DNA from: Mizuhopecten yessoensis
Taxonomy: Eukaryota
Reading direction: 5' to 3'
Assembly (NCBI RefSeq): GCF_002113885.1
Contig: NW_018406268.1
Coordinates: 1,575-65,574 of the forward strand
DNA: 64,000 bases
Shown one piece after another: positions 12,982 through 25,779 of the stretch; position 1 is the stretch's first letter, and each line of letters starts with the position of its first letter. A program made the translations under genes and the position numbers. Under the pieces are notes generated by a model. That model saw nothing but the letters and a program-made list of their open reading frames with translations. It did no database searches and was not told where the DNA came from.

Positions 12982-15673
12982 TTACTCCGTAATTACTTCA
13001 GTATGATCATAAACAGAGCTTAAATCATTGAGGGATTTACCAATCATTCTTGGCATCGTATTGTCCAGGAGTTGTCGATCCTCTATAACAATCGCAGCGA
13101 TTTCGGATTTTGTTGATTTCTGGAAAGCCCAAAGACGCCTGTTTCCGTCGATAACACTCATTGCTGTTTCGTCTTGCCAAACAACGATGGGCGGTATATT
13201 TCGACATTCCAGATTTTCAGAAACCAGTTCATTGACGAGAGTCCTTACGTTAACTCCTGAATGATCTCCTGAAGAAAAGGTCATTGGAATAACATCTTTG
13301 GTGAATTTAACACTCATCGGGTCAATGTGCGTAACATCCGGGGCCTTGTGCCAGTAGCCTCCTGGTTCCGCGTCGTCTTTTATCCCGACAGAAACACCAC
13401 GATTTTCTGACGATCTTTTCATTGAGTCGATATAAGAGACCTCTTGGAAAGAAATCTCTTTACATCTGCCTGGAAGAAAGGAACGAATTTATGTTATATG
13501 ATGAAATATTCGTGATAGTCATAGCGGTAACATATATACTATATACGGGGGAACATCCAAGAAGGTTAATAGACCTGGACAGATTGAAAAAAACTAGGGT
13601 AGAAATATTAACAACTAACGTAAATATATATCAAACCTTAGTTTGGTTTCCATCTGGTTGTGTTTCGATTTTAGCAATATTGTAATGTTGTTTTACTTTA
13701 ATGTAATGAAAACTACAAACAGCATTCGGACAGCAAAGTATATAAAACGATTCTACTGGGTATTCGTCCGCTTCAATATCCCACCCTGACCATTTGAAAA
13801 GAATTTTCTTGTGATAGAGGATGGATGTATTTTCGAATGAAAGGGTCATACTATTAACCTTGCCTCTGGTACTAGAGTCAATATAAGCATACACAAATGT
13901 GAGTGACCTATATGGTAATTAAACTGCATGAGCTATACAGAGGATACTTAATGGTTTCCCATTGAAAAAACATATATATCTCACTAGTATGGCAGAATAT
14001 CGATATTTTTCTTTAGGGAAAAGTACAAGTGAAAATATCGGTAATGTTTATCCTACCATAGGAGTGAAACCATTACATTTTCTGTGTTTTATTTATTTAA
14101 TATTACTTACAACAACGAAAATGTCACTGCATCAAAACATTTGGGCTTATAATAAAAATCTTAAGTGCCATAAAGTAATGATGTCTTGCTTGATAACAAG
14201 TCTGAGCGTCATTTCTGATTGGTTACCCAGTGAAATTTTACAGGTATCTTCTATTTTTGATCAGAATTTCTTACATTAATAATATAGATTACGAAGGCAA
14301 ATGTATACATTAACATACGTAGAAAAGATGTCAACAGAAAATCTGCGACTTTGAATGGGGTGAATAGAAAGTGGCGTTCTGATTGGTCAATTTCAAAAGT
14401 GACATAGTCATCCATCCAAAACAACTGTATAATAATCTTGGGGGAGACGGTGGTTACTGTGGCCCATTTTAATTTAGCCTATGTTATCTGTTCAAATTTA
14501 TGTGTAAATATAACATTTGAAAGAGAATTTCATAAAATAATAGCAAAATGACAAACACATCGGTATTTAAAGAATTAATAGAACCTTTTCTGTCAGGATA
14601 TTGTGCAGCTGAAAGTACTGCTCCCTTGGGGGAAGTTCGGACAGATATTCTGGGATAGATTCGGCATATAAATGACGTCATTAAGTACGCAACGTCAGAT
14701 TTTCCTGACACTGTCAGGACTTTCCACGTGTTGCCATTGCCATTGCCAAATCTACCCCAATATCATTAGCCGAACATGACCCATATTCATATTTAGACAA
14801 ATTATTTTATTACAGGAAAAAAAAGCTAAGGTATATATTATAATTAATGTACCATCTTGAGAAGTTGTCTGTGTGGTACATTTATAACATTACATAAATA
14901 TTTTTTGAGGGGGTATTTTAAATATTTCGGAGTAATTCGGGTTATCAAAAGTTTACAAAGCTAGAGAGAGGTCAGATCATAATGATTTTTCTACCATCCT
15001 AAAGCTAACTTTTCCCCTTTTATTGAGTTTTCCACACTATTGTATTTTTCATGTGAATGTTCCGTCTAGTCAATGGTCTGCTAAGATCCTAAAAATTGTG
15101 AATATATGCTCAAGAAACAAAATATCAGAGGTAGTCGAACTTAGCCTGGGGCCGCACTCTGTCCAGTCTTTCCTACCAGTAATATTGCAATATTTGTGTT
15201 TATAGTTTATAGTTTATGCATATTCATTATTTTAAACATTCTCTAAACAACAATAGCTGAAACAAGTCATTTGTACGAATATAATCTCCCTTTCCCCGTG
15301 TGTGCTTGATGTCGCAAACATATCAACGATTTACCATCACAAATCGCAAAGGTAAGAACATACCTAGTCTTTCCAAGTGTCTGAAAATCCAAAGACGACG
15401 GTTGTCAGCGGTAATCCAACGAGTCTTCTTCCCGCCTACCAATATATCCCCATCTGTCTCCTCGTCTTCCTCCTGTTTTAAACTTATCTCCGGAAGTGAT
15501 GTCATTGACAGTCGACCCTCCATTATATCGTCTAGGGTATCGCCAATGGTCATGTGTCCGTGTCCAGACCGCCGCCGAAAACGATGGTAGACTACCTTCT
15601 GACTAAAACAGATGTCAGACGGTCTTAATTTTGACGGTTTCGTATTTTCTGACAAAGACAATGATACCTCCAT
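12982..15673 (-). CDS. Gene C1: tandem double ParB/Srx-like domain protein, 265 aa; join(15673..15364,13469..12982)
   Basis: Donor CTAG|GTATGT and acceptor ctttcttccag|GC (phase 1) give RHLERLG|RCKEISFQEV, matching the unspliced paralogs (LEELGQCTEI). Domain 1 motif TADNRRLWIF; domain 2 motif VIDGNRRLWAF. Confidence 0.9.
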
Positions 15674-15722
15674 TATGATCGTTGGCTCTAGACCTGTGGG
15701 CAGTTACCTAACACAATAACTG

Positions 15723-15816
15723 TATTTATACTGTATTATCACGAGTCGGCAAACGATTTCAGAAAGTATCTTTTTCGAAACCCAATAAAGAATTTACAGA
15801 ATCGAAACCGAAACTG
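15723..15816 (-). promoter_or_regulatory. C1 promoter: TATAAATA (15730-15723) and ISRE/IRF-E GAAACCGAAACTG (15804-15816)
   Basis: Matches GAAANNGAAACT ~130-145 bp upstream of the ATG; conserved in all three units. Confidence 0.7.
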
Positions 15817-17094
15817 AACTTAAGTTAACAGAAATTAATGTCGATCTTGTTTAAAGATAGATGGATGCTTCTCCTCTGTTTACATTTCGATACGAAAATG
15901 GTCGAGTCATATGTATTATATAATAAAATATATATTTTTTTAGTTTCCTGGGCTATCCCAGAGAATATAGCGACGGACAAAAACTGTTGTCGAAGTTTTG
16001 CCTGTAATCGCATTTGTGGTAGTATATTGTGATACCTGATTGTAGGTTTGATAAAATGTTTTTCGATTTTCTCGAAAATGCACTTATTGTTAATTGGTCA
16101 TCTGGTAATTAACTAAAATGTAAGTTGTAAAAGTCTATATTTAGTAACATCACCACAAACGCTTACATCAAAGCGTGTGTAACAACATGTGACGTCTGCT
16201 AGGTGGAACAAAGCTGGCAGTACTCCACTACACATATGTGACTCGCAATAAATAAGATCCGGTGGGGTAAAAAAATTGCGTAATTTTGAAAAAAAATGAA
16301 ATACACATTTTCTCCAATAATTCTCAAAATGGAAAGTAGCAATCTGTTCATAACAGATTATTTCGTAATGACATGCACCCCCCCCCCCCCCCNCCCCCTT
16401 ATTTCTTTAAATATGTAAAAGTTTTAATTGATCTATCGAGTAAATGTTTCAAAAATTTAATTTAAAAAACAATGGTTCGAGGGATTTCATAACCAACATC
16501 TGCAAACACGTAGCCAATGTCATTGATAGGACACATAAACATAAGTTGTGTGTGATGGCAATATAACGGTGAGGCCGTCTGGAAAAGTCTAGCGAGGAAG
16601 TCGTAAATAACACGTGTGCTGCGCAGGACGTAATGCGATCAATACATGTGGCAAGCAAGAGTGAGGCATGACTGTACAACGTCGTTATCCTAAGTAAACA
16701 CGTAACATTGATGATTAATAAAATATGTGTATGAGTCTTTATTGCAAAATACCATTTTATATGTCATAAATTTGTGTATAATTTCGAACATAATTACGGT
16801 ACGATATGGCGGAATTAGTAACTTATTGATTGGATTGTTTATTTAAGTGGAGATATTGATGCTAGTAATCTTATAATTTGTTACGAAAGAAGTCGAAACA
16901 GAATGAAAGTGAAGATTAATTTCACAACGTTATTTTACCCACAGTTTTGCGTTCGATGTGGTATTATTCAGGAAGAATGTAAGAGTTATGCCCCTTCCTC
17001 TACACATTGCTTTATTTTGAACAGTTCAGAATAAAAATTTAACGATTTAATGTTAAGCATTCTTATTGGTCGGGATGGTGTTCAACAGTGGGTT

Positions 17095-17210
17095 ATAATG
17101 TGTGTGGTAACTGGAGTTCCAGAGATACCCCACGTGGTCGGCAAAATGACCTCATACCTGTTTAAGGCCAATCGATGGAAGGCGAGTATACTGTCCACTC
17201 TGCCACACAT
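17095..17210 (-). mobile_element. Degenerate tRNA-SINE fragment (paralogs ~38800-38905, ~56300-56405)
   Basis: ggtaactggagttccagagataccccac...ggaaggcgagt..actgtccactctgccac resembles the antisense of a SINE core (ctccggtttcc) and tRNA head. Confidence 0.45.
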
Positions 17211-19427
17211 TTACTGAAGCTCAGAGCAAATTATTACCTCACAAGAAAAGATTGTTCGTCTGCGAAGTAAATATTCGTCTGCTAGCTAGATTCAGGTGAT
17301 GATCACACAGAAAGAACTTTTTTTCTATTCTAGAAAGCCGCCATCAAAGCATTGCAGAGAACGCCATCACAAATACCTGAAAAAACACAGCCTACCTCAT
17401 ATAGTAATGGTAAGGACCAAGGATCTATTGAAAACAGCGAAAGTGTGACATATCTACCTATTAAAAGGCAATGAACAGGAATCTTGATAACTTTGTGGTA
17501 TTGTTAAATCAAACACAGCTCAAAAGATCCCTGTTTAGAGAACACATGTAACAAAATTAAAGCCTGACCCCAAAACCGGGTCGTGAACTAATAACATAAT
17601 TTTTGTTCGTTCATTCCTTGGTAAAAGTAACGATTTGGCGTATCAAAGGTAGTGTTGTGTTTGCATGCGAAACAAAAAAGGAAGAATAGGGAAAGAGGTA
17701 CATTTGGGAGCCATCCCTGTTCTTTAAAAAAAAAAAAGGAAAAAGAGTGTTTCAGTTTACCTTCATATGGGGGTATATGACCTCCTAAATTGACTTTAAA
17801 CCCTCAAAATGTTAGAGGCTTGCTATAGAAAGAGGAAAGAATTTGGTAATTACGTCTGATTTTACCACAAGATTTTGTGTCTCGTAAAATAAACTGGAGA
17901 AAGAATAAAAGTATAAAAGCAGTAAGTTTATATGTCTGTCCTACACAGTGGTATAGTCCATTGATCATTTGATAAAATTCTATCTCAATGCACAAATTTA
18001 TAAAATAACGAAGGAAGATTTAATATTTCTTTATTCGATAAAAAGGTATGAACATATATAGTTTACATATTTTGGTCCATCAAATGTAAGTTCCTTATAA
18101 CGATTGGGAACATTGAATTATCATCCTCGTCATTTGTATCCAATGTGGTTGTTAAAATTAACACATTCGTTTGTCAAAACTTTTACTCATTACTATTTGT
18201 ACTTATTTGTCTTTACGTTTATATTAAATAAAGTGACACTCTTATGTGTACGTAGGTTTTCGATATGCAGGTGTAATTACATACAGGTGTGGATTACGGA
18301 TTACGAATGTCTCCGGGGCGGTATATTTGCTGCAATATCGTATAAGATGCTTACCAGTAACATTGCACAAAGACCCCGATTGAATTACACAAATTGTGGT
18401 AAAATTTGTTAGTAATTCATGCTCAATCTTCATTAACAAACATTTAATGATCTCATTTGTGTAATTAAAATATATGTTACACACTAAACACAAAGGTAGC
18501 CATTTTTTACAAGCTGTTTAATGATTAATATAATTACCACAAGCACTGTTGTAAAGTGTAACACTAAATATTTTTGACACATTATTCAATTATTACTGTT
18601 TCACTCCTTGTATCAACACTGTCGTGTACCTGTGTACGGCAACTGTTGATTTGTGTCTTTTTTTGTTTACACTTCGACTCATTTCAGTAAATCAACAGAG
18701 CATATTGGTAATGTGTTGTTTTCCTCGACTAATTGTTATTTTGTCTATGAAATAATCTGATAAAAGAAGAGTAAATAATGACTATTTCGAATTTTTGTTT
18801 AGTTTATATATTTATAAGTACAGAAACAGCAAATTTGTACTTACTAATTACAGATATCAGTCGAAGCGTGAATATGAAACGAGACAAAACAACCGTGGCC
18901 GTACACAGCTATACGACAGTGATCAAATGATCATGCCCAACAAGATAAGCCACCACTGCAGGTCATCCTCATCGTTACTCACATCAGCACATGCCTTGAG
19001 GCTAGGGTCATATCAGCTGAAATTAGCCGTTGGTTATTAATAAGTTCTCGTCGGAAATCAAATACACTAGGAAAATGTTGTTGAACTTGTTGAGAGAACC
19101 AGGAGAAGAGCCATGCTTGTGTATTTTCTGCAAGTTACTGCTGTTGGGCCACGATATTGAAGGAGTGACTGAAAGGTGGAGTGATAGTGTAAAAAGAATT
19201 TGCCCAGGTAGCGAACGATCTGGAAAAGGGGAATTTACTCTTGCTGGTCCATATCCTCGGCTATAACAAATCAAAATATTATGAAAGTATCGTATGTAAA
19301 CCATTGCACAGACAAAGCATAAAACAAAATAATGTAAAATACCATGCAAGCTTTAGGTGTATTCATATTTGCTGCTGTTCGATAAAACTAAATAATATGA
19401 AAGGAACATTCTTAAAGGCGCTATCAA

Positions 19428-19914
19428 TTAATCAAACGTGTCAGAAAATTGACCTTTTTGATGTCGATGCGCCCCTCGTCTTTGTGATCTTCTGTTCTCA
19501 GAGCGCCGGGACCCCAACCTTGCGGAACCTGAATTCGGCCTAGGTGTACCAACTGTAGCAGGAGGTTGCAGTGTCCTCCAGTGATTCCACCTTCATCGCC
19601 GCGTACCCAAACTGTTTTCCCGCCATGTCTTGCTGTTAGTTTTTCTTCCGTCAAACCGTCATACACTTATCGGACGGGAATATCTGTACATTTCCCGAAT
19701 CTCTCAAGCATCTGAAACACCCACAGCCTCCTGTTATCATGTGTGTACCAGACTCTACGGCTTTTGACGACCCTGATTTCTGGTATATCAGATATTTTAA
19801 GATGTCATCCAATGTTTCGCCGATTGGCTTATTAGGATGATCTGAGTTTCTGGCAAAAACATTATTGATAGAATCCTGGGTAAAACGTATTTCACTCGGT
19901 CGTAGAGTCGTCAT
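19428..19914 (-). pseudogene. Gene A2, frameshifted
   Basis: MTTLRPSEIRFTQDSI from ATG 19914. A 13-nt deletion (tctgttgacagga) at ~19805 and a 1-nt deletion at ~19585; DNRRLWVF is present in the shifted frame. Confidence 0.88.
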
Positions 19915-22777
19915 TTCTCCTTTTAGGACAATGTAAGTATGAATCACCCGTATTACAGAAATCGATATATAGCTTTGAGGGAAATGCATATATCGATCAG
20001 TTACCCGGTATAGGATAACGTCATTAACGATAGGAAATTAGATGCATGTTAGCCATGATAAATTGTATAAAATGCATGCACTAGGATGATTTATTTATAT
20101 ATAACTCCTATACATGTATCATCAGATAAAAGGATTTGATACTTTTATATGTAGTATTAATGGTTATGAAATATGATAACTATGAGTAACTATGAGCTTT
20201 ACACGACATATATTTGTTTAGAAAAGTAATGGGATATTTATTCCTTAAATTTAGTTTAGATAATCACAGAATACTAATAGATTTTATTAATATTTGCTAT
20301 TTTGAAAAAAAGTCCTAACATATTAGATGGGATTGGAAGTCTCATTGTCCTATATTCACATCGAAAAATGGAACGTTCCAAAAGCGTTTTGCTTGATTTG
20401 TCATAATAAAATTTAATTAAGAATCAATAAATTGAATCACTCTTATATGGACATATGTTTATGTTGGTTGCTTAAGCATTTGCTAGAATGCATCGCTAGA
20501 CCTATGTAATTTCTGTCGTCCTTTTTAGCAGATTTCATGATGTATCTCTAATACGGCATATTTACACAAAAGTTGTAAAATATCAACTTGACCATGTTTG
20601 TGATTCTGGCACTAACATATGTCAGTAAGCAAGCTTTACGAAATGATATTTTCAATAATTTGATATGCTAGACAGAAAAATATAAAATGGACATTTGTGA
20701 TATCGTAAGTGATTAAACAGATAATGTATAAACATATCATCACATAAGGAAGGGGGATAACTACACAATTAATAACACCCGAAATTGGAGCTCTTCTTTG
20801 TGGTTATAACTAATGTAGTAGTACTCTTTACCTTAAAGGAAAATTTACTGTTCACATGTAGTGAACTTCTGTCTGTTGGTGGAATGAGTGATCCAATGTT
20901 CAAGATAGATGTATATGAAGACATACAAATATTAGAATCAGATAAATAGATAGGTATGGTATATTTCTTGAAGGTGATCGTTTTGATTCATATTAAATCT
21001 TAGGGTATGCATACATTGTTTTCATCTTATCATATAGGAAGTTGTCACTTATCATTACCTTACATTAATGTGTCTTTATGGAAAAGAAACTTGATACAAC
21101 TACGCCAAGGAATCTATGTATAAAATCAAATATCAGATTTACCTTTGATTGCGAGTGTTGATAACCAGTGGATATTTCAAACAAAACCCACAAAAAAAGT
21201 CGGAGATACTATAGTTATACCGTTTGTGTTTAATCTAGTGTAAATGTATTATGTATATTTTGTGGATATTTCTAACAAAATCTAGAAAATGTGTCATAAT
21301 GTGTTTATAGCTTCTGTGTTAAATTAATGTATAAGTCTAAATGTAGTATGTATATTTTGTGTAAAATTCAAACAAAAAGTAGAAAAAGTGTGATGTATTA
21401 TAGCTATAACTTCTGTTTACAATCTTCTGTAAAATGTAAACATCAGTTATGTATACTTTATGGATATTTCAACAAAAGCTAGACAATATTGTGACATATT
21501 GTAGTTAGTTAGGATTATAAACTGGTTACTCACGTTGAAGATATTTTCATTTCAAACTACATATATCAAACATAACAATTATTATAGGACCACCGCACAT
21601 TTTATATCAAAAAAATTGTATCAAAATATCAGGTACAAAAGCAAATTATAAGTTGGTATTTGCAAATATCCATTAATGTTATAGTGGAATCATTTTTAAT
21701 CGAGCGTCTTAATATTTTTCCATATTTTCCAAAACTATATTGTATTCGATACGCAACTATCATATATCCAGTATACCGCAGTATTCGTTATGACTAATAA
21801 TAAAAGCATGTTGATATGTATTGTGTAAATACTCTGAATATATCTATTATTAGAACATTGCGTCTGACATTACTTGGAAGTACATAATGATCATAAATTC
21901 ACCTAAACGCCATGCCCTACTGAGCTATCGATCAATACATGAATAGAAAACCACACATGTGATACGTCTGTATCGAAAAGTCTGACTTACGTATTTTACA
22001 TATTATATATGCCAAATAAATAATAGTCAACGATATATACTATCGCGGGAATAGGGATCAAATTGACAGCAAATTGACATATAAAAAAGTGTTCGATGTA
22101 CCTAGTGTAAATGACGTAACGGCTACATCACGTGATTACGGCGCCAGATGTGGTATGATATTTGAGAGATATTGTTTATAAAGAATAAACAGTTTAAGAA
22201 TGACAAATATGTTTAAAAAGCAAATGTTATAGCTACTGAATCCGTTAAATGCTAAAAAAAAATGCAAAACCTGTTTTGGCAGAAATATTTAGAGGAGTGC
22301 AAACCAAAGCAAAATATTCATGATATTTCAAAGATAGCAATTGAATAATAACCTCTACCGGAAGTTATTGACTCTTACTTGTCACAATGCACAGGGTCAT
22401 TGCAAGCTTTAACTACAATGATGAACAACAAAATGTACGTTAAACTCAATTAAGACAAATATTCTTTTGCCGAAAGTATTTCGTCATAACTTGAATCCAA
22501 TGTTTTTAATGATTATTTACAGCCACATAGATGTTTATCCAAGTGAATCGTATTTTACAAGAATATGTTTTAGTCTAAAACTCCAAGAAGAAACAAAATA
22601 CTACTGGACAAATTAACAAATCGACATTGTTCCTGTTTATGACACGATACATACCATCCTTTAAAGTATATTATTTAAACGCAACTCAAAACTTTACTAG
22701 AAAACATTTCGGTATTTTTTTACCGATAAAAATGTCCGGTACAGAAAGATAAAAGTTCGGCATGCCAATAAACCCTT

Positions 22778-23130
22778 TGTTTTGGTTTAATTTTGTTTAA
22801 CGTCCTATTAACAGTTAAGGTCATTTAATGATGTGCCTCCATGTGTGTAGTGTTTGCGTGCTTGCGTGTGTGCATGCAGGATAATGGTATGTTGGTATGC
22901 CTGCCCCCTAATGATAACTTTGATCTGATGCCGACTTTATAGTGCTATCTCACTGAAATGCCACGCCGAAGGAACCAAGCACAGCATTTCGCCCGGTCAT
23001 ATTTTGCAGACAACGGGTGAACCAGTTGTTGCCATTCTCCTTAATGCTGAACGTTAAGCAGGGAATAACAACTACCATTTTTAACACGATTGCTCATGAT
23101 TCTATCGCAGATTAGAACACGGTCCGTATC
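22778..23130 (-). mobile_element. Molluscan-type SINE remnant
   Basis: ttgtttaacgtcctattaacag...tttatagtgctatctcactgaa...aaccagt...ctccttaatgctgaacgttaagcaggga..caactaccatttt resembles recalled molluscan SINE antisense; absent from unit 3. Confidence 0.55.
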
Positions 23131-23179
23131 AAATCAAAACACGCGTTCCAAACGAATCATGTTAGAATACCTTTTGAAC

Positions 23180-23455
23180 AACTGGGCCTCGATGTGTCAT
23201 TTGGCCTCAGTGTTACAGCACTGCTGGCATGTCGGTACCTATAACCTCCCACTAGACTGGGTTGTTTTAGACGAGACGTTTGTCTTGTCCTCGATGTTAC
23301 AGCGCTCTTGTTACGCCGATAACTATCATGTCCCTCTACATAATTTTTTACCCGGCATAGCAGCAGTTTCGGTACGCCGATACATATCAGATTCCTCACC
23401 GTTCGCTGATATGCATTTGATCCCTCAGCATCGTGGCGTTCCAGACTTGTAGCGT
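23180..23455 (-). pseudogene. Orphan remnant (~3 units) of the basic type-B repeat tail in unit 2
   Basis: TSLERHDAEGSNAYQR...LKQPSLVGGYRYRHASSAVTLRPNDTS matches the last B3 repeats (LEQPSVVGSDRCRRASSAATLRPNDS); frameshifted. Confidence 0.8.
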
Positions 23456-25182
23456 CCTTTGCCTTAATTTTTCGTATGTCTTTTTCTGTTACTTTCATTT
23501 AGAAAAACTGTGCATTATTCTATTAAATGCGTCGCAAGATATTAATCATTGTGTATTAAAAGCGTAATAGACAAATACTTCAGAATAATTACAATGGTAA
23601 TCAAATATTTAGACTAGATGGTAAAAAATGTTACCTTAACGGCACCGCAAAGCATGGCATTTGCTCCCATGGTTTAATTACTGTTCAGTGGGGAAAATAG
23701 ATATATATATCAACGTTATAAGTGCATATATATATAGCTAGGACGTACAATAACGGTCACAACGTACAGGGGTGTGGTTGACTAGCTGCTGATTTATACA
23801 GGTAAAGAGAACAACACGTACATGTATGTGTCGGAAATCTGCAATACAGTATTGTACAGGCAACTGGTACATAAGCATATGTATATTTTATACGTTTTTT
23901 TATTTTGCAATGTAAGTCATCAATATTCGCGGGAAGTCTTAAATCATCTGATCTAAGAATAATGTTTCGGTATTTATGTAGCCTCCCATGAAATGAAGGA
24001 AACTCCCAAACGTTTTTTTTATTGGATAACACTAATTGTCGTCGTTAGGTCAAACCAACACCGAAGATGTAAAGCAATGCTTGTTAACGAAAAATTACCG
24101 ACAGGAAAATTTCAAAACCGTCCACAGCAGCAACGTTGTCTACTACAGAAGAGAACAGGTTTATTATCACCTTGTGGTTGCTGATATTGCCTGAAACCTT
24201 TTTGATATTCATTCCTGCTAGACCATTATCCATGAAACAGGCGTTATCCTCGTGGGCTTCACCATATGTAGATTTAAAATTTGTACGACAAACATGATAA
24301 ATATGCAAGAAATTATGATGTTATACTATTTGTACAACTTTTTTTATTGTCCGCGGATAGAATAAAATTGGACCGAGAGAATCTTAAACATGCGCACGAG
24401 TATTTGTTAAAACTATGACATTCCGAATACTGAAGTTGGATATACTTTGTACCATTATGTATTAAACAAATTTTGTCAGTGTATCCTAAACATGTCCCTC
24501 GAGGTGTAGCGTTTCTCTACCATTTTTCCATGAACTGATTGATCCCAGATTATGTTGTTCCCCAGTGTTATTGTTTTGTAGCGGAGCCGCCTGTTCAGTA
24601 GCGTAACACAACGATATTATACAATATTTACAGTTTTCTGTTCAAGCTAAACTCACAGAGACAACTGGTAACGCTAGACTTACTAAAACTAGCTGATAAC
24701 GCTAGACTTGAAATGTTAATTTGGTACTGGTGGCGTACTCTGTAGAACTAACGTAAAGTATTAACTAAACTCAAGTTTTGTGTTCCATATAGACATATTT
24801 ATATGACATATAGTATGATATACTCAATATTTATCGCACAAATATTTACATAATTACATCCGTAACACCGCGATTCGGCTATTGCAGCTCTAATACCGGA
24901 TATACATAACAATTGCCACTCGCCGTTCATGTACATGCGCACTCTCACAACAATGGCAGTCTCCATTACACTTCAGAACTCGCACCAAGACTCGTCGATA
25001 TGACGGTAACAACAGTTATAATACACACACCTAGGTTTACATGAACGATTCAATTAATATATAAACAATACAAAAATGTATTTCCTCTGAGCGACGCAGT
25101 GCAGTTACTTCGTTCCACTCAAAATTCATTCGTGGTATCGTACGTAACAAACACTCCTAAATCTGACTTATCATATCTCACA

Positions 25183-25184
<2 letters not shown>

Positions 25185-25237
<53 letters not shown>
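25185..25237. repeat. (CT)n microsatellite
   Basis: Direct observation. Confidence 0.98.
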
Positions 25238-25242
<5 letters not shown>

Positions 25243-25779
25243 ATATAAGAAAATATGGGGGTCAAATTCGTTACAGTTTGTCCAATACTCCTCTGTCTCA
25301 GATCAATCACAACCATCTTTATTTGTAAACTTCTCTCATTTCTTATTTATATCAATCCGCCTAGTCTTGGTAGTACTTATCTCCCTTGTATTGAAACTCT
25401 TACTCTTGTACCTGGAATGCATTTTGCAAAAGGTTAACATGATATTCATGTACAAGAATAATTATTTGTTGTAGCCAAAATTGGCAAATTTCTTCAAGAA
25501 TTTATAGACACTTTTTCCTTTATTGCTATATTTCTTAATTTACCCCGGAACACTTTCGACTCTAAGTTTATTTTTCAACCATAGTATCACTGATGCGCTC
25601 AAAGGTTTATATCGTGCAGTAGAAATATTTACATTGTTTGGTTTTCTGCATCGATTATCACTTAATGTTTCTAAATGTACGTCATTTCTCAGTATTTCTG
25701 TATCTTTACAATATTCGTCTTTGTGCAGTTTACTTGTAACTTGTACCCTCTTGGTTTCTGCCATCGGCCTCATCATGAT

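Larger units (their letters stand above)
1..17932. repeat. Segmental duplication unit 1 (A1-B1-C1; continues left of the window)
   Basis: Anchor gtgatcaaatgatcatgcccaaca at 2, 18919 and 40817; colinear intergenic homology. Confidence 0.9.

Noticed and set aside
24577-25148. Possible solo LTR (TGT...ACA)
   Set aside because: No matching TSD, PBS or PPT seen
25335-25760. Additional B2 exons (donor ~25543, acceptor ~25412)
   Set aside because: The splice sites are plausible but lie beyond several stops and a frameshift; cannot be supported without transcripts
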